A DNA stretch of 64,000 nt from an uncultured Candidatus Saccharibacteria bacterium (GCA_964573095.1 CAZNIK010000001.1:185004-249003); one strand, 5' to 3'. Numbered from the stretch's first letter, positions 44,702-56,734 are shown. Numbers and translations: made by a program. Notes: a model not told the origin generated them from the letters alone.

Positions 44702-47700
44702 TTACTGGTCTTCGACAACTTCTTCATCTTCTTGAATGTTGTGTCCTGTACCAACCGGGATTCGACGACCAAGTATTACATTCTCCTTGAGCCCGAATAG
44801 GTGATCAACTTTACCACTGGTAGCGGCCGCAATGAGTACTCGGGTCGTATCTTGGAACGACGCGGCTGAAAGGAACGAATCCGTACTCAACGAGGCCTTG
44901 GTAATACCAAGCAATAACTGATTGTAAACAGCGGGTTCTTTCTTTTGGGCGACGAGTTTCTCGTTTTCGACAACCACCGCAAGCTTACTGACTATGTCGC
45001 CAGTTACAAACTCGCTATCGCCGGCGTCCTCGATTTGTACCCTAGAAAACATCTGACGCACAATTATCTCGAGGTGTTTGTCGGCAATATTTTGGCCTTG
45101 GCTTGCAAAAATACGCAGAATTTCATTCATTATGTATCTTTGGGTTGCCTCGACGCCCTGTAGTCTCATGAGGTCGTGCAAGTTGACTGATCCGTTGGTA
45201 AGTTTTTGCCCGGCAACAACTTCTTGACCGTCTTTGACGAGTATTTGCTTGTAGCCAGGAATCTCGTACTTGATCACGCTCTGTCCAGCGGGGGTAATGG
45301 TAATCACTTTTTTGGTCATGGTAATCTTGCCGGCAACCGGGGCAATAAGCGGACTATCGCCGCCCTCAGCAGCCGCAACAACATCTCCAACCGAAACTTC
45401 GGTGCCGGCTGCAACTTGTGGGGTGCGATCGCCAATTGTTAATTGGGCGACTTTTGCTTTGTCGTCAGTAATCTGGACGACGTAACTATCGCCTTCTTCC
45501 CACACTGCAACTTTACCGGGAATATCCGCAAGAAACGATTTACCCTTTGGCGTTCGGTTCTCAAACAACTCCTCTACTCGAGGCAAACCTTGCGTAATAT
45601 CATCCGCAACTGCCGCACCACCAGAGTGGAAGGTTTTTAGAGTCAACTGTGTTCCAGGCTCACCGATCGACTGAGCAGCAATCACGCCTATTGGACTGTG
45701 GTCGGCAACTAGTTCACCAGTCGCGGGATCAAGTCCATAGCTTTTTCTGTTGACGCCTTTTACGGCACTACAGCTCAGCACGCTCATGATCTTTACGCCG
45801 TCGAGTGCTGAATCACCCTCAATGGCCTTGGCAATTTCTGGCGTGATAAGCGCACCCTTCTTGACATGGGAACCGATGTTTTCGGCTGCGTATCGCCCTG
45901 CGAGGCGAGAAGCATAGTCAATGCCAATCTCCTCTGCATCGCTTCGGAACATTGCAAAACCAGGATCTGGGGCATTTTCTTCGATAGTAAATACGTCTTG
46001 GGCAACGTCAACAAGCCGACGCGTAAGGTAGCCAGAGTCTGCAGTTTTAAGGGCAGTATCGATCAAGCCTTTTCGTTGTCCACGCGTGGAGGTAAAGTAC
46101 TCTAGCGGATTGAGGCCATCGCGGTAATTACTTTTAATTGGAAGCTCCATAGCGCGACCAGTTGCGTCCGACAAAATCCCAACCGAACCGATAACTTGCT
46201 TCACCTGCACAATCGAACCACGCGCTCCAGATACAACTGCCATTGACATGGCGTTATCTTCGCCGGCAAATTGTTCCGATAGTGCAGTCTGGACATCGTT
46301 ATCCGCATCTGTCCAGGTCTCGATCGTTAGTCTATAGCGTTCATCTTCGGTGATAAAGCCCTCATCATACTGACCACTGATCGCCGTAGCTCGTACTTCA
46401 GCCGCTTCCAAAATAGGCTTCAACTTTTTGATGTCGATAAAGTCACTCATGCCCATGGATATTCCAGAGCTTGTAGCACTTCTAAAGCCACGGGTTTTTA
46501 GATCGTCTGCAATTTTTGCACTCTTGTCTTGTCCGTAACGCTGGTACACCTCAGACATGACATTGGCAAGCTTCTTCTTTGTCATGGCGTCGTCTTGGAA
46601 CGGAAAATCTTCTGGGAAGATCTCATTGAACAAAAATCTACCGAGCGTTGATGTGCGTTTTTCGCCCCGAAACGGAATCGTGATCGTGTCTTGGAGCTTA
46701 AGAATTCCTGCGTCATGTGCCATAAGCGCTTCTGCGAGACTGCTATAGGCAACATTTTTCTTGTTATTGCCGGGTCGTTCGTACGTGAGATAGTAACACC
46801 CTAGAACAATATCTTGCTCGATGTGCAGAATCGGGGTTCCATCGGCCGGTTTTAGCAAATTCTTATTTGAAGCCATGATGTCGCGCGCTTCCGCCTGGGC
46901 TTTATCGCTCAAAGGAAGGTGGACAGCCATCTGGTCGCCGTCGAAATCCGCGTTAAACCCTTTACAAACCAAAGGATGGAGCTGAATTGCCTTACCCTCA
47001 ATCAGCACTGGTTGAAACGCTTGTATAGACAGTCGGTGCAGACTCGGCGCACGGTTTAAAAGCACATATTTGTCTTTGATGACTTCGTCCAATGCATCCC
47101 AAACCGCTGTTTCGGCAGTCTCTATCATGCGAGTGGCGCTTCGAATGTTGTGCGCCAGTTCGTTTTGAATAAGTTGACCTATGACGAATGGCTTAAATAG
47201 TTCCAGGGCCATCATTTTTGGTAAACCGCATTGATGCATCTTTAGTTCAGGACCGGCGACGATCACCGAACGACCAGAATAGTCGACCCGTTTGCCGAGT
47301 AGGTTTTGGCGAAATCGGCCTTGCTTCCCCTTTAGCATATCGCTCAAAGACTTGAGACGACGTCGTTGGCCCGTTGCTGCGACCGCCCGGCCACTTCGGG
47401 CCGAACTATTGTCAATCAGCGCATCGACAGCTTCTTGAAGCATTCGCTGTTCATTGCGACGAATTACTTCTGGGGCGTTTAGATCAATCAGCTTCTTGAG
47501 TCGGTTATTTCTGTTAATGACTCGACGATATAAATCATTTAGGTCTGAGGTTGCAAACCTTCCACCGGTCAGCTGTACCATTGGCCGAAGATCTGGGGGG
47601 ATAACTGGCAGTACACTCACGCACATGCTCGAGGGTTTGATGCCAGCGCGCTCCATACTTTCAAGAAGGCGAAGCCGTTTCATAATTTTCTTTTTTCGCT

Positions 47701-48502
47701 GACCCTTTGCTTCGGCGGCTTCGTTGGCAAGATCATCAATAAGCTTCACTAGATCGATTTCCTCAAGCAGCTCTTTTATCGCCGATCCACCCATGCCTAC
47801 TTTTATCATTTTCTGAATGTCATCTGGAAGAGCTCTATAATCATTTTCGCTGAGAAGACGGAGCTTTTCGAGTGACTCAAGCTGCTCTTTGAGCATTTCC
47901 CACTCGGCCTCCACCTCTTCGAGCTCCTTTGTTTGCATTTCGGCCAGCGCCTTCACATTGGCGCCTTCTTTCGCGCCTTCAGCTTCGTATCGAGCTTTTA
48001 TGGCCTCTTGAGCAGCAGCAAATTCGGCCTCTTTGTCTGCCAACATTTGATCGCGTTTCTCGATATCGACGAATTTGATTATGTAGCTTGCAAAATAGGC
48101 CACTCTCTCCAAACTTTTTACTGTCATGCCGAGCAGCAAGCCTACTGCACTTGGAGTACCTCTAAGGAACCAAATATGCGCAACTGGACTTGCCAACTGA
48201 ATATGACCCATTCTTTCGCGACGTACGATTGAACGAGTAACAAGCTCACCGTTTTTATCTACCGCTGCCTCTCTCGAGCGCACGCCTTTGTACTTGGCAT
48301 CATGTGGGTTAATGTCCTTTACAGGTCCAAAAATTCGCTCACAAAACAAACCGTCACGTTCTGGTTTTTGCGTTCGGTAGTTAATGGTCTCTGGTTTTGT
48401 AACCTCACCGTAACTCCAGTCTAAAATGTCGCTTGGACTTGCAACTGCAAGTCGAACTGCATCAAAATCGGCAATATTAGTACCACTGTTATAGCGTCTC
48501 AT
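44702..48502 (-). CDS. rpoC: DNA-directed RNA polymerase beta-prime subunit
   Basis: [12 protein letters not shown] catalytic motif. 1266 aa. The start overlaps the rpoB stop by 4 nt. Confidence 0.99.
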   Translation of the reverse strand: MRRYNSGTNIADFDAVRLAVASPSDILDWSYGEVTKPETINYRTQKPERDGLFCERIFGPVKDINPHDAKYKGVRSREAAVDKNGELVTRSIVRRERMGHIQLASPVAHIWFLRGTPSAVGLLLGMTVKSLERVAYFASYIIKFVDIEKRDQMLADKEAEFAAAQEAIKARYEAEGAKEGANVKALAEMQTKELEEVEAEWEMLKEQLESLEKLRLLSENDYRALPDDIQKMIKVGMGGSAIKELLEEIDLVKLIDDLANEAAEAKGQRKKKIMKRLRLLESMERAGIKPSSMCVSVLPVIPPDLRPMVQLTGGRFATSDLNDLYRRVINRNNRLKKLIDLNAPEVIRRNEQRMLQEAVDALIDNSSARSGRAVAATGQRRRLKSLSDMLKGKQGRFRQNLLGKRVDYSGRSVIVAGPELKMHQCGLPKMMALELFKPFVIGQLIQNELAHNIRSATRMIETAETAVWDALDEVIKDKYVLLNRAPSLHRLSIQAFQPVLIEGKAIQLHPLVCKGFNADFDGDQMAVHLPLSDKAQAEARDIMASNKNLLKPADGTPILHIEQDIVLGCYYLTYERPGNNKKNVAYSSLAEALMAHDAGILKLQDTITIPFRGEKRTSTLGRFLFNEIFPEDFPFQDDAMTKKKLANVMSEVYQRYGQDKSAKIADDLKTRGFRSATSSGISMGMSDFIDIKKLKPILEAAEVRATAISGQYDEGFITEDERYRLTIETWTDADNDVQTALSEQFAGEDNAMSMAVVSGARGSIVQVKQVIGSVGILSDATGRAMELPIKSNYRDGLNPLEYFTSTRGQRKGLIDTALKTADSGYLTRRLVDVAQDVFTIEENAPDPGFAMFRSDAEEIGIDYASRLAGRYAAENIGSHVKKGALITPEIAKAIEGDSALDGVKIMSVLSCSAVKGVNRKSYGLDPATGELVADHSPIGVIAAQSIGEPGTQLTLKTFHSGGAAVADDITQGLPRVEELFENRTPKGKSFLADIPGKVAVWEEGDSYVVQITDDKAKVAQLTIGDRTPQVAAGTEVSVGDVVAAAEGGDSPLIAPVAGKITMTKKVITITPAGQSVIKYEIPGYKQILVKDGQEVVAGQKLTNGSVNLHDLMRLQGVEATQRYIMNEILRIFASQGQNIADKHLEIIVRQMFSRVQIEDAGDSEFVTGDIVSKLAVVVENEKLVAQKKEPAVYNQLLLGITKASLSTDSFLSAASFQDTTRVLIAAATSGKVDHLFGLKENVILGRRIPVGTGHNIQEDEEVVEDQ

Positions 48503-51500
48503 TTGAGCTCCTCCTTAACTTCTTCTGCATCCGTCACGACAGTGGTAGCAGGTAAATCGTCTTCTAGTTCCATAACCATGTACTCGTCAACGGCAGCGTC
48601 CTCTGTAACGTCAACGTTACTGGCTTCTGGAGCAGGCACATCCACAGTCGAGAGATTTTCGGCCTCGCCTTTGATGTTTTCTGCGAGTACTTCTTCGGCA
48701 TCAACAACATTGTCACTTACGATCAAGTCCACCTTAAGCCCCAAACCTTGAAGTTCCTTGACGAGCACATTAAAGCTTTCTGGAACTTTAGGACCAACTA
48801 TTTCTGTCTGTTTAATGATCGACTCGTACGCCTTGGATCGGCCATACACATCATCTGATTTGATGGTGAGCATCTCTTGAAGGATATTGCTTGCGCCGTA
48901 AGCTTCGAGTGCCCAGACTTCCATTTCTCCAAAGCGTTGACCACCGTTTTGCGCTTTTCCACCCAGAGGTTGCTGTGTAACCATAGTATAAGGACCGGTC
49001 GAACGAGCATGAATCTTATCTGTTACCATGTGCGTCAACTTAAGCATATACATATTCCCGACAACCGTTCTTTCTTGAAATGCCTCACCGGTTCGGCCGT
49101 CAAAAAGCTGCTGCTTGCCGTCTTCTGGAAAGCCGGCTTTTTTTAGTAGCTCGCCAATTTTTTGGGTATCAACCCCGTCAAAAGAGGGAGTCGCTACCTT
49201 GATGCCAAGTGCCCTCGCCGCCATTCCAAGATGTGTTTCGAAAAGCTGCCCAAGATTCATACGACTTGGCACACCCATCGGGTTGAGAATGATATCTACC
49301 ACCGTACCATCTTCTGAAAATGGCATGTCCTCAACTGGCAAAATTCGGGCAATCACGCCCTTGTTTCCGTGCCGACCGGCGAGCTTGTCGCCAACTTGAA
49401 CCTTTCTCATCTGCGCCACAAATACTTGAATCTGCATGATCACACCAGCCTTTAGCTCGTGCCCATTGGCTCGAGAAAAGATTTTAACGCCCACGACCTT
49501 TCCGTGTTTGCCGTTGCTCATTCGCTGGGAAGTATCTCGAACCTCTTTGGCTTTCTCGCCAAATATTGCTCGAAGTAATCTCTCTTCGCTGGAGAGCTCT
49601 TGCTCGCCCTTTGGAGTAATTTTTCCAACCAAAATATCGCCTGGATGAACTTCCGCGCCAATTCTGACGATGCCATTCTCATCCAGGTGACGCAGCGCAT
49701 CTTCGCTGACATTTGGAATATCGCTGGTGACAATTTCTGGGCCAAGTTTTGTTTCTCTCACCTCGGTCATGTAGTCAACAATGTGGATGCTAGTAAGCTC
49801 ATCGTCCTCAACGAGCTTCCGTGAAATAACCATTGCATCTTCGAAGTTGTAGCCATTCCACGGCATAAACGCGACCAAAAGATCACGACCAAGCGCAAGT
49901 TCGCCAGATTCCATAGACATACCCTCTATCAACACATCGCTTTTTTTCACCTTGTCGCCGGTTTTCACCACAACCCTCTGGTTGATGCAAGTTCCTTCGT
50001 TGCTGCGCACATAGTGCATCGGTCGGTACGTAGCTTTGCGTTTGGCATATTCGACAACCACCTCGTCGGCGCTGGCCTTCTTCACAACTCCGCTTTCTTC
50101 GGCGTACACAATTTGGCCACTGTTTGAGGCAACCACTGACTCGAGACCAGTACCAACAATCGGTGCTTTTGGCTTCACCAACGGAACGGCTTGTTTTTGT
50201 TGGTTTGACCCCACCAATGCACGGTCGACTCGGTCGCGTTCTACAAATGGTACAAGACCGGCAATTGATCCAATTATCTGATTATGGGCTGCATCCATGT
50301 GAGTGACGTCATCGGCGTCAATTTCACCAACGCTAAGACGAGCGCGGGCACTTACCCTATCGTCGATAAAATAACCATTGTCATCAATTGGGTTTCCCGC
50401 ACCAGAAATAATTGCCTTATCCTCATCTGCGGCGCCAAGATACACAATTTCGCTGGTAACTTTTGCCTTAACAGGCCAGGTCACGCGGGACTTCACGCTC
50501 GCCAATTTCTTTGCATCAGCAGCGGTAATTTTGGCACCTTTTTTAACCAACATTTTTCCTTTATCATCCTCAAGATTAGCGCTGGCTATATGGCCGACCG
50601 CGTCTTTGGCGGTTACAGCGTTGATAACCTTCCGGTAAGGAGTTTCTACAAACCCATAGTCGTTAATCCGGGCATAGTTTGCCATATTGAGAACCAGCCC
50701 AATGTTGGCTCCTTCGGGGGTTTCTACAGCGCAAATTCGACCATAGTGCGTCGCATGCGCATCACGAACTTCAAATCCAGCTCGCTCACGCGATAGACCA
50801 CCAGGGCCCATCGAGCTTAGACGTCGCTTGTGGGCAAGTTCCGAAAGAGGGTTAATTTGATCCATGAACTGAGAAAGTTGAGAACTCGCAAAGAACTCTC
50901 TTACTGCCGCCACAACTGGACGGGCGTTAATAAGCTGGCCTGGGGTTACAGTTTCTATCTCGCTCATACTCATGCGGTCCTTGGTGTTGCGCTCCATTCG
51001 AAGCAAACCGATACGAAATTGACGTTGCACGAGTTCTCCGACCAACTTCACGCGCCGGTTCGCCAAGCTGTCGATGTCGTCCGCTGGATCTTGAGTGTTA
51101 TTGAGTCGAACAATCTCACTCACAATCGCAAGCAAGTCTTCGATACGCATAACACGATTTTCGGCAGTGTTTGGAACATCAAGATCAAGTCTCTTGTTAA
51201 TTTTGTAGCGACCGACTCTCGAAAAATCAAAACGCTTGAAGTTATAGAACATGTTCTCGAGCAAGCTTCGAGCGTTATCAACCGTCGCAAGATCGCCCGG
51301 CCGAAGTCGTCGGTATACCTCAATCAGCGCTTCGCTAGTGGTTTTTGAAGGGTCTTTTTCCAAAGTTAACTCAAGATAGCTCGATTTCCCTTGGTCGACA
51401 TGCTTCAACTCATCCTTCATTTGTGCTTCGCTCAGCCCAAGCGCCCGGAGCAGGGTGGTAACGGGTATTTTGCGCTTACGGTCAATTTTTACAAATAACG

Positions 51501-52032
51501 CACCATTCGCGGCCGTCTCAAACTCTAACCATGCACCGCGTCCAGGAATGACTTTCGCACCATATAGATTTCTGCCACCTACAAGCTCAGAGGTAAAAAA
51601 CACACCAGCTGACCGTATGAGCTGGCTGACTACAACTCGTTCAGCGCCGTTGATGACGAAGGTTCCACGATCAGTCATCCAGGGAAAATCACCCAAGTAG
51701 ATCTCGTGTTCCTTTACTTCACCTGTAACCTTGTTGGTAAGCTCAACTTTAGCTTTGAGCGGCGCCTCATAGCTGATGTTATTTTCTCTCGCTTCAGCCT
51801 CGGTGGTTTTTGGATCCTCGAAGTGATAATCCTTAAACCGAAGTGATAGTTTTGTTCCAGTATAGTCATCAATTGGACTAATCTCGGCGAGTAGCTCACC
51901 CAGACCTTCGTCTACAAACCACTGCCATGAGCGATTTTGGTGGTCGACTAGATTAGGCAAATCTATGACTGGTTGATTATTCGTAAAATACGTGCGCTTT
52001 TTAGCCGTTGGGGCTGTGGTGCTTTTTGCCAT
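48499..52032 (-). CDS. rpoB: DNA-directed RNA polymerase beta subunit
   Basis: GRHGNKGVIARILP, QRFGEMEVWALEAYGA. 1177 aa. Confidence 0.99.
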   Translation of the reverse strand: MAKSTTAPTAKKRTYFTNNQPVIDLPNLVDHQNRSWQWFVDEGLGELLAEISPIDDYTGTKLSLRFKDYHFEDPKTTEAEARENNISYEAPLKAKVELTNKVTGEVKEHEIYLGDFPWMTDRGTFVINGAERVVVSQLIRSAGVFFTSELVGGRNLYGAKVIPGRGAWLEFETAANGALFVKIDRKRKIPVTTLLRALGLSEAQMKDELKHVDQGKSSYLELTLEKDPSKTTSEALIEVYRRLRPGDLATVDNARSLLENMFYNFKRFDFSRVGRYKINKRLDLDVPNTAENRVMRIEDLLAIVSEIVRLNNTQDPADDIDSLANRRVKLVGELVQRQFRIGLLRMERNTKDRMSMSEIETVTPGQLINARPVVAAVREFFASSQLSQFMDQINPLSELAHKRRLSSMGPGGLSRERAGFEVRDAHATHYGRICAVETPEGANIGLVLNMANYARINDYGFVETPYRKVINAVTAKDAVGHIASANLEDDKGKMLVKKGAKITAADAKKLASVKSRVTWPVKAKVTSEIVYLGAADEDKAIISGAGNPIDDNGYFIDDRVSARARLSVGEIDADDVTHMDAAHNQIIGSIAGLVPFVERDRVDRALVGSNQQKQAVPLVKPKAPIVGTGLESVVASNSGQIVYAEESGVVKKASADEVVVEYAKRKATYRPMHYVRSNEGTCINQRVVVKTGDKVKKSDVLIEGMSMESGELALGRDLLVAFMPWNGYNFEDAMVISRKLVEDDELTSIHIVDYMTEVRETKLGPEIVTSDIPNVSEDALRHLDENGIVRIGAEVHPGDILVGKITPKGEQELSSEERLLRAIFGEKAKEVRDTSQRMSNGKHGKVVGVKIFSRANGHELKAGVIMQIQVFVAQMRKVQVGDKLAGRHGNKGVIARILPVEDMPFSEDGTVVDIILNPMGVPSRMNLGQLFETHLGMAARALGIKVATPSFDGVDTQKIGELLKKAGFPEDGKQQLFDGRTGEAFQERTVVGNMYMLKLTHMVTDKIHARSTGPYTMVTQQPLGGKAQNGGQRFGEMEVWALEAYGASNILQEMLTIKSDDVYGRSKAYESIIKQTEIVGPKVPESFNVLVKELQGLGLKVDLIVSDNVVDAEEVLAENIKGEAENLSTVDVPAPEASNVDVTEDAAVDEYMVMELEDDLPATTVVTDAEEVKEELK

Positions 52033-52225
52033 ATAAGGTTGGTCACTCCTTGGTTATATTTGATGGTTGCAAACAATATAAGTAGAATCGCATACCCACG
52101 AAACTACTAGTCGATATTTGTATTTATTTTGATTTGGCGCCGAAGATTCCTGCGTACTCTGTTTGCTTTTGGGGCTATGATTTTGTAACCACAGCAAACA
52201 AGTCGCCCACTACTTCTTGGTCACA

Positions 52226-52254
52226 ATTATGACTGCCCTGTGTTCGCCTGTCAA
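52226..52254 (-). promoter_or_regulatory. candidate sigma70 promoter for rpoBC
   Basis: On the minus strand: TTGACA (52254-52249), 17-nt spacer, CATAAT (52231-52226). The -35 lies in the 3-prime arm of the 8-bp hairpin GTCAACAT/ATGTTGAC (52250-52270) that follows the clpP stop. Confidence 0.45.
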
Positions 52255-52272
52255 CATCTATTATGTTGACGC

Positions 52273-52860
52273 TTAAGAAACAGCCTCTATGATTTTATCG
52301 ACGACCCCGTACTTTTTTGCTTCTTCGGAGGTCATCCAAAAGTCTCGCTCCATGTCAACGTGTATCTTGCTCAGCTTTTGACCGGTGTTTTTGGCCATAA
52401 TCTCCTCAAGCAATTTTTTTACCCGAAGCGATTCTCGAAGGTCTATCTCTTGATCGGTGACTTTTCCGCGGGTGCCACTTGACGGTTGGTGGATCATCAC
52501 CGTTGCGTGTTCAAGCAAATGGCGTTTGCCTTTTTTGCCGCTGGATAGCAAGAATGCCGCGGCACTCGCTTGAACGCCGATACCATAGGTTGCTACATCG
52601 GGTTGAATAAATTGCATGGTGTCGTAAACCGCTAACGCGTCATAAACACTGCCGCCAGGGCTATTTATATAAAACGATATGTCCTTTTTTGGATCTTCAT
52701 TTGCCAAAAATAGCAGTTGGGCAACAATGAGATTTGCAGTATGTTCGTTCACGTCAGTTCCCAAAAAGATTATTCTGTCTTTTAGAAGCCGACTGTAGAT
52801 ATCGTATGCCCGCTCAATGCGACCTTCTTGTTCAATAACTGTTGGAATAAGTACGCTCAT
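52273..52860 (-). CDS. clpP: ATP-dependent Clp protease proteolytic subunit
   Basis: [34 protein letters not shown]. Ser ([11 protein letters not shown]), His (MIHQP) and Asp (ERDFWM) are retained. The ATG at 52860 is preferred over the track GTG at 52890. Confidence 0.93.
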   Translation of the reverse strand: MSVLIPTVIEQEGRIERAYDIYSRLLKDRIIFLGTDVNEHTANLIVAQLLFLANEDPKKDISFYINSPGGSVYDALAVYDTMQFIQPDVATYGIGVQASAAAFLLSSGKKGKRHLLEHATVMIHQPSSGTRGKVTDQEIDLRESLRVKKLLEEIMAKNTGQKLSKIHVDMERDFWMTSEEAKKYGVVDKIIEAVS

Positions 52861-52906
52861 AGTTAAAGAGTATATCCCCAAAATTAGCACTCGTCAACTT
52901 AGAGTG

Positions 52907-53332
52907 CTAGATTGCCAACTTGGCTTTTATTTTGCCAATAACTTCCTTACTATATCGAGCGTGAGGCATTCGGTGAACCATATCGATGGGCACCCACTCG
53001 TAGCCAATAATTTCGTTGTTGGGTATAATCTCACCCGACTTGATAGAACAGTGGTATACCACAAGCAACACTCGTGGTCGAGAAGTTATATGATGCGGTG
53101 CAATCGTGACCGCTAAAAGATCATGGACTTCAGCTTGAATACCTAGCTCTTCTTGTAGCTCTCTTTGTAGTGAGTCATGCAGATCATGCTCTTCGGCATC
53201 GACTCGCCCACCAGGAAAATCGTGCAAAATAATTTTGGGGTCACGAGCACTCCGACACGACACCATCAATACTTGATCGTGTTCATTGATAATTAATGCC
53301 TTTTGCCCTAATTGAAATACCGCTTCAGCCAT
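52907..53332 (-). CDS. NUDIX hydrolase
   Basis: Nudix box GGRVDAEEHDLHDSLQRELQEELGI. Confidence 0.88.
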   Translation of the reverse strand: MAEAVFQLGQKALIINEHDQVLMVSCRSARDPKIILHDFPGGRVDAEEHDLHDSLQRELQEELGIQAEVHDLLAVTIAPHHITSRPRVLLVVYHCSIKSGEIIPNNEIIGYEWVPIDMVHRMPHARYSKEVIGKIKAKLAI

Positions 53333-53354
53333 ACCTAAAAGAAAGTATAGCTTG

Positions 53355-54626
53355 TTACTGGCTGATCAACGCAAGGACTTTTTCGCTCAACAGGCGAGAC
53401 GCAATGTCACGTCGATTTTCTTCCTTGTCGAGTTCGGCTTGCATCTTTGGGTCTTGGTATTGGCCCTTAAGGAGCTGTATGCGAACTTCAAGCTCTTCCG
53501 GCGTAACCACAAGCTGCTCCACGTCGGCGATTTCAGCAAGCACTAGACTCGTTTTGAGCTGATTTTCTGCTTGGGGACGAACCACCTCGTCTCGATACTG
53601 CGACTCGCTTTTGGCTTCAAGATCAAGGAATTCTTTCAAGGTTTGTCCGCGTTGGGCAAGATTTTGCTTTAGGTCATTAAAGCTATATTCGACCTGCTGC
53701 TCAATCAGCTCCCCGGGTATGTCAACTGACGACTTGGAAACCAAAGTGCGCACAATCTCGTCTTGCTGCTTGGTCGTTGCCTCACGTTCTCGCTCTATCT
53801 TTAACTGTGTTTTAATGTCGTCCCTTAACTGTGCGAGTGTGGTAAATGGACCAGCTTTTTTGGCAAATTCATCGTCCTCTTTCGGCTCCTCTACAACTTG
53901 AACTTTGCTGACTGAGACCTCAAAAGTAACCTTCTTATTCGCAAGAGCCCGCACGCCGTAGGTTTTTGGAAAAGTCAGCGTAAAGGTTTTTTTGTCACCT
54001 GCTTTCATGCCAACAATATTGGCCTCAAAACCTGGAATAAATGTGTCACTACCCAAAAGTAACGGATACTCCTTGCCATCTGCCCCTTGAATCGGCTTAC
54101 CTTTTTCGTCAGTTCCCTTAAAATCAATCCAGACTTGGTCGCCGTTCTTAGACGCCCGATCAACATCAGTCTTGTCAGCCAATCTGATCTTTAGAGAATT
54201 AATTACTTCTTGAACATCCTTATCACTCACCTTCACTGCTTCTTTGCTGACAGAAATTTTTTTATAATTTGGCAAACCTATCTTGCCAATCACTCCAGTG
54301 GTTACTGTAAACTCTAAATCAGTGAATGGCACAAATTTTTTGATGTTTACTTGCGGACGCGTCACCGGCCGAACTTTTTCTTGCTCAGTCGCTTTCATAT
54401 ACAAGACTGTGAGGGCCTCATCCAAAAATTCAGTTTGCAGCACTTTGGGGTCAATATTTTTCTCGATAAGGCCGAGCGGAGCTTTGCCTTCTCGAAAGCC
54501 TTGGAGCTTAACTTTTGGCGCCAGTTTCTGAACAACGACCTGTTTAATCGGCGCAAGACTTGACTCACCTGCGGTAATAGTTAGGGTTACTTCTGTTGTT
54601 GAGTTATCGGTCTTTTGAACATGCAT
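53355..54626 (-). CDS. tig: trigger factor
   Basis: N-terminal KLQGFREGKAPLGLIEK ribosome-binding signature, central FKBP-like region. 423 aa. Confidence 0.92.
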   Translation of the reverse strand: MHVQKTDNSTTEVTLTITAGESSLAPIKQVVVQKLAPKVKLQGFREGKAPLGLIEKNIDPKVLQTEFLDEALTVLYMKATEQEKVRPVTRPQVNIKKFVPFTDLEFTVTTGVIGKIGLPNYKKISVSKEAVKVSDKDVQEVINSLKIRLADKTDVDRASKNGDQVWIDFKGTDEKGKPIQGADGKEYPLLLGSDTFIPGFEANIVGMKAGDKKTFTLTFPKTYGVRALANKKVTFEVSVSKVQVVEEPKEDDEFAKKAGPFTTLAQLRDDIKTQLKIEREREATTKQQDEIVRTLVSKSSVDIPGELIEQQVEYSFNDLKQNLAQRGQTLKEFLDLEAKSESQYRDEVVRPQAENQLKTSLVLAEIADVEQLVVTPEELEVRIQLLKGQYQDPKMQAELDKEENRRDIASRLLSEKVLALISQ

Positions 54627-54677
54627 AGACGACTATTCTAACAGAGAAGTTTCCCTTTGTCACTTCTCTGGGGCCAA

Positions 54678-55916
54678 CTATGATAGGTGGTCACGCATAT
54701 AGCCAGAAAGTGACGTGAGGCTGAGTGTTTGCTCCTCCTTGGTGTGCAGGTTTTTGATTTTATAGTTTCCGCTGGAGAGCTCATCTTCTCCCACAAAGAC
54801 TGCGTGCGAAACCCCCGATTTTTCAGCATGGTTCAGTTTGGTGGCAATTTTTCGATCCGTCGCATCAACTGCGACGCGCAGGCCAGCCTTGCGAAGCTCC
54901 GACAAAACCTCCTGTGACCGAGCATACACATCTCCAACCAGTAGCACCGCAATATCAACTTCGGTCTGTAATTGCGGCAGCAGATGATGCGACTCCAAGA
55001 AATTCCGCAATGTGACGTCTCCCATACCAAACCCAACTGTCGGCACCGGCGCGACACCAAATAATCCGACCAGTCCGTCGTAGCGACCGCCACCAAACAT
55101 ACTTCGGTTGTTCTCGGGATTGGTATCAAAAACCTCAAACACAATGTCAGTATAGTAGTCAAACCCTCTTGCCAGACTCGGCTTGTACAACGCATTAATG
55201 CCGCTTTTTGTGCAAAGCTCAAGCAACTCTTTCTCTGACTCTGAGGGGCCATCTTGATGCAGAAAGCCATACAACTCACCAGGCTTCCTTACCACCTCTG
55301 CGAGCTTCGAAAGAAACTCGTTCTTCTCAAGTTTTTCCAGTGCATCGATGAGGCGTACGACATCGGTTATATCCTTTTTGGGTTCCGCAGCAGCAATCCT
55401 CTTATTCAGTTCTACGCGAGAATTGATACGCACCTCATACATAGCAGACGACGCCCCAAAACTTTTTAAGATCTGGTCGGCAACCAAAATAACTTCGTGC
55501 TCTGCCGCAACGCCAGCTTCGCCAAAAATATCAACATTCAGCTGCCAATGTTCTCGCAAGCGGCCCCTTTGCGGCCTCTCGTAGCGCCACAAGTTCGGGA
55601 TAGAGAACCAACGCAGAGGGTACGCGAGCTCTTGTCGCCGTGCCGCAACCATTCTGCTTACCGTAGGAGTCATCTCTGGCCGCAAGGCTACTTCTCTATC
55701 ACCCCGATCAACAAAACTGTAAAGTTGCTCATTTACGATCTCATCCCCTGTCTTGGCACGATATAGGTCAAGCGGTTCAATAATTGGAGCGTCATATTCT
55801 TGGTAACCAAACGATTTTACAACCTGCCTAATTTTGCCAAACATATAGTCTTGAAGCTGTTTGTCGCTTGGATAGAAATCTCGGGCTCCTTTATACGGTT
55901 GTGTGGATAACTTCAT
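54678..55916 (-). CDS. hisS: histidyl-tRNA synthetase
   Basis: MKLSTQPYKGARDFYP, RPEMTPTVSRMVA, YERPQRGRLREHWQLNVD, GGGRYDGL. The ATG at 55916 is preferred over the track start 55955. Confidence 0.93.
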   Translation of the reverse strand: MKLSTQPYKGARDFYPSDKQLQDYMFGKIRQVVKSFGYQEYDAPIIEPLDLYRAKTGDEIVNEQLYSFVDRGDREVALRPEMTPTVSRMVAARRQELAYPLRWFSIPNLWRYERPQRGRLREHWQLNVDIFGEAGVAAEHEVILVADQILKSFGASSAMYEVRINSRVELNKRIAAAEPKKDITDVVRLIDALEKLEKNEFLSKLAEVVRKPGELYGFLHQDGPSESEKELLELCTKSGINALYKPSLARGFDYYTDIVFEVFDTNPENNRSMFGGGRYDGLVGLFGVAPVPTVGFGMGDVTLRNFLESHHLLPQLQTEVDIAVLLVGDVYARSQEVLSELRKAGLRVAVDATDRKIATKLNHAEKSGVSHAVFVGEDELSSGNYKIKNLHTKEEQTLSLTSLSGYMRDHLS

Positions 55917-56005
55917 TACGAAAAAGTATACCTGGTTTATATAGCTCTTGACCACCTAGTACTTAAGGGTGTTATATAGCTATAGAAATTAACGGAGGTG
56001 CCAAA

Positions 56006-56704
56006 ATGGACGCAAAACAGTTACGCGATGGAGACTTTTTTGAAGTTACCGGGAGTATTTTTAAAAACATCAAAGAGAGCTGGGAAGCAGTGAAACTTAA
56101 TCTTGTGACTCTGTTAATGCTCTACCTAATCCCTACGGTACTGCTTATTCTTGCAACCCCTTTACTAATCCTGCCGGCGATTACGGGAACTGACGCTGGA
56201 ACTGCGGCAGCGGTAACCATGCTGATTATTGGAGTAGTAGCAATCTTTGTTCTTTGGCTGTTCGTCTTGCCATCTATCATCTACGCTCAGTTAGCTAGCG
56301 TACAGGGGAAAAAGGTTGAGTTTCAAGATGCCTTAAAGCACGGACAAAAATATGTACTACGTTACATTGGGCTTGGTATTTTGTCATGGATTGCGATTGT
56401 TGCTGGATTGATTGTATTTATTATTCCGGGTCTCATCATTGCATTTTTCCTCTCTGCCGCTCCATACTTGCTGATCGACAAAAACTTGGGCGTTATTGAG
56501 TCCATGAAGGCCAGCTATGAACTCACAAAGGAGTACTGGAAGCCAGTAATTGGCGTATTGTTAGTCTTCTTTGTTATCAACTTGCCATCGTATGTTCCCC
56601 TCATCGGCAATATTATTACCTTAGCACTTAGCATTGCGTATCTTTGCCTGCCAGCGTACATTTACTGCGTTGTCATGGGCAAAAAGGTTGCAAAAGTCTC
56701 TTAA
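56006..56704 (+). CDS. polytopic membrane protein, unknown function (232 aa)
   Basis: RBS ACGGAGGTG. Five to six hydrophobic helices. No family recognised with confidence. Confidence 0.7.
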   Translation: MDAKQLRDGDFFEVTGSIFKNIKESWEAVKLNLVTLLMLYLIPTVLLILATPLLILPAITGTDAGTAAAVTMLIIGVVAIFVLWLFVLPSIIYAQLASVQGKKVEFQDALKHGQKYVLRYIGLGILSWIAIVAGLIVFIIPGLIIAFFLSAAPYLLIDKNLGVIESMKASYELTKEYWKPVIGVLLVFFVINLPSYVPLIGNIITLALSIAYLCLPAYIYCVVMGKKVAKVS

Positions 56705-56734
56705 AAAGTAGTTCCGAACCCATTAAAACAACTT

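Noticed and set aside
50284-51348. Long plus-strand ORFs (170 and 172 aa) antisense to rpoB. Similar antisense ORFs lie over rpoC, fusA, tuf, rplB (35172..35645), dcd (3664..4275) and the histidine kinase.
   Set aside because: They lie opposite genes identified with very high confidence. They are Ser/Leu/Arg/Phe-rich as expected of shadow frames, lack an RBS, and show no recognisable motifs.
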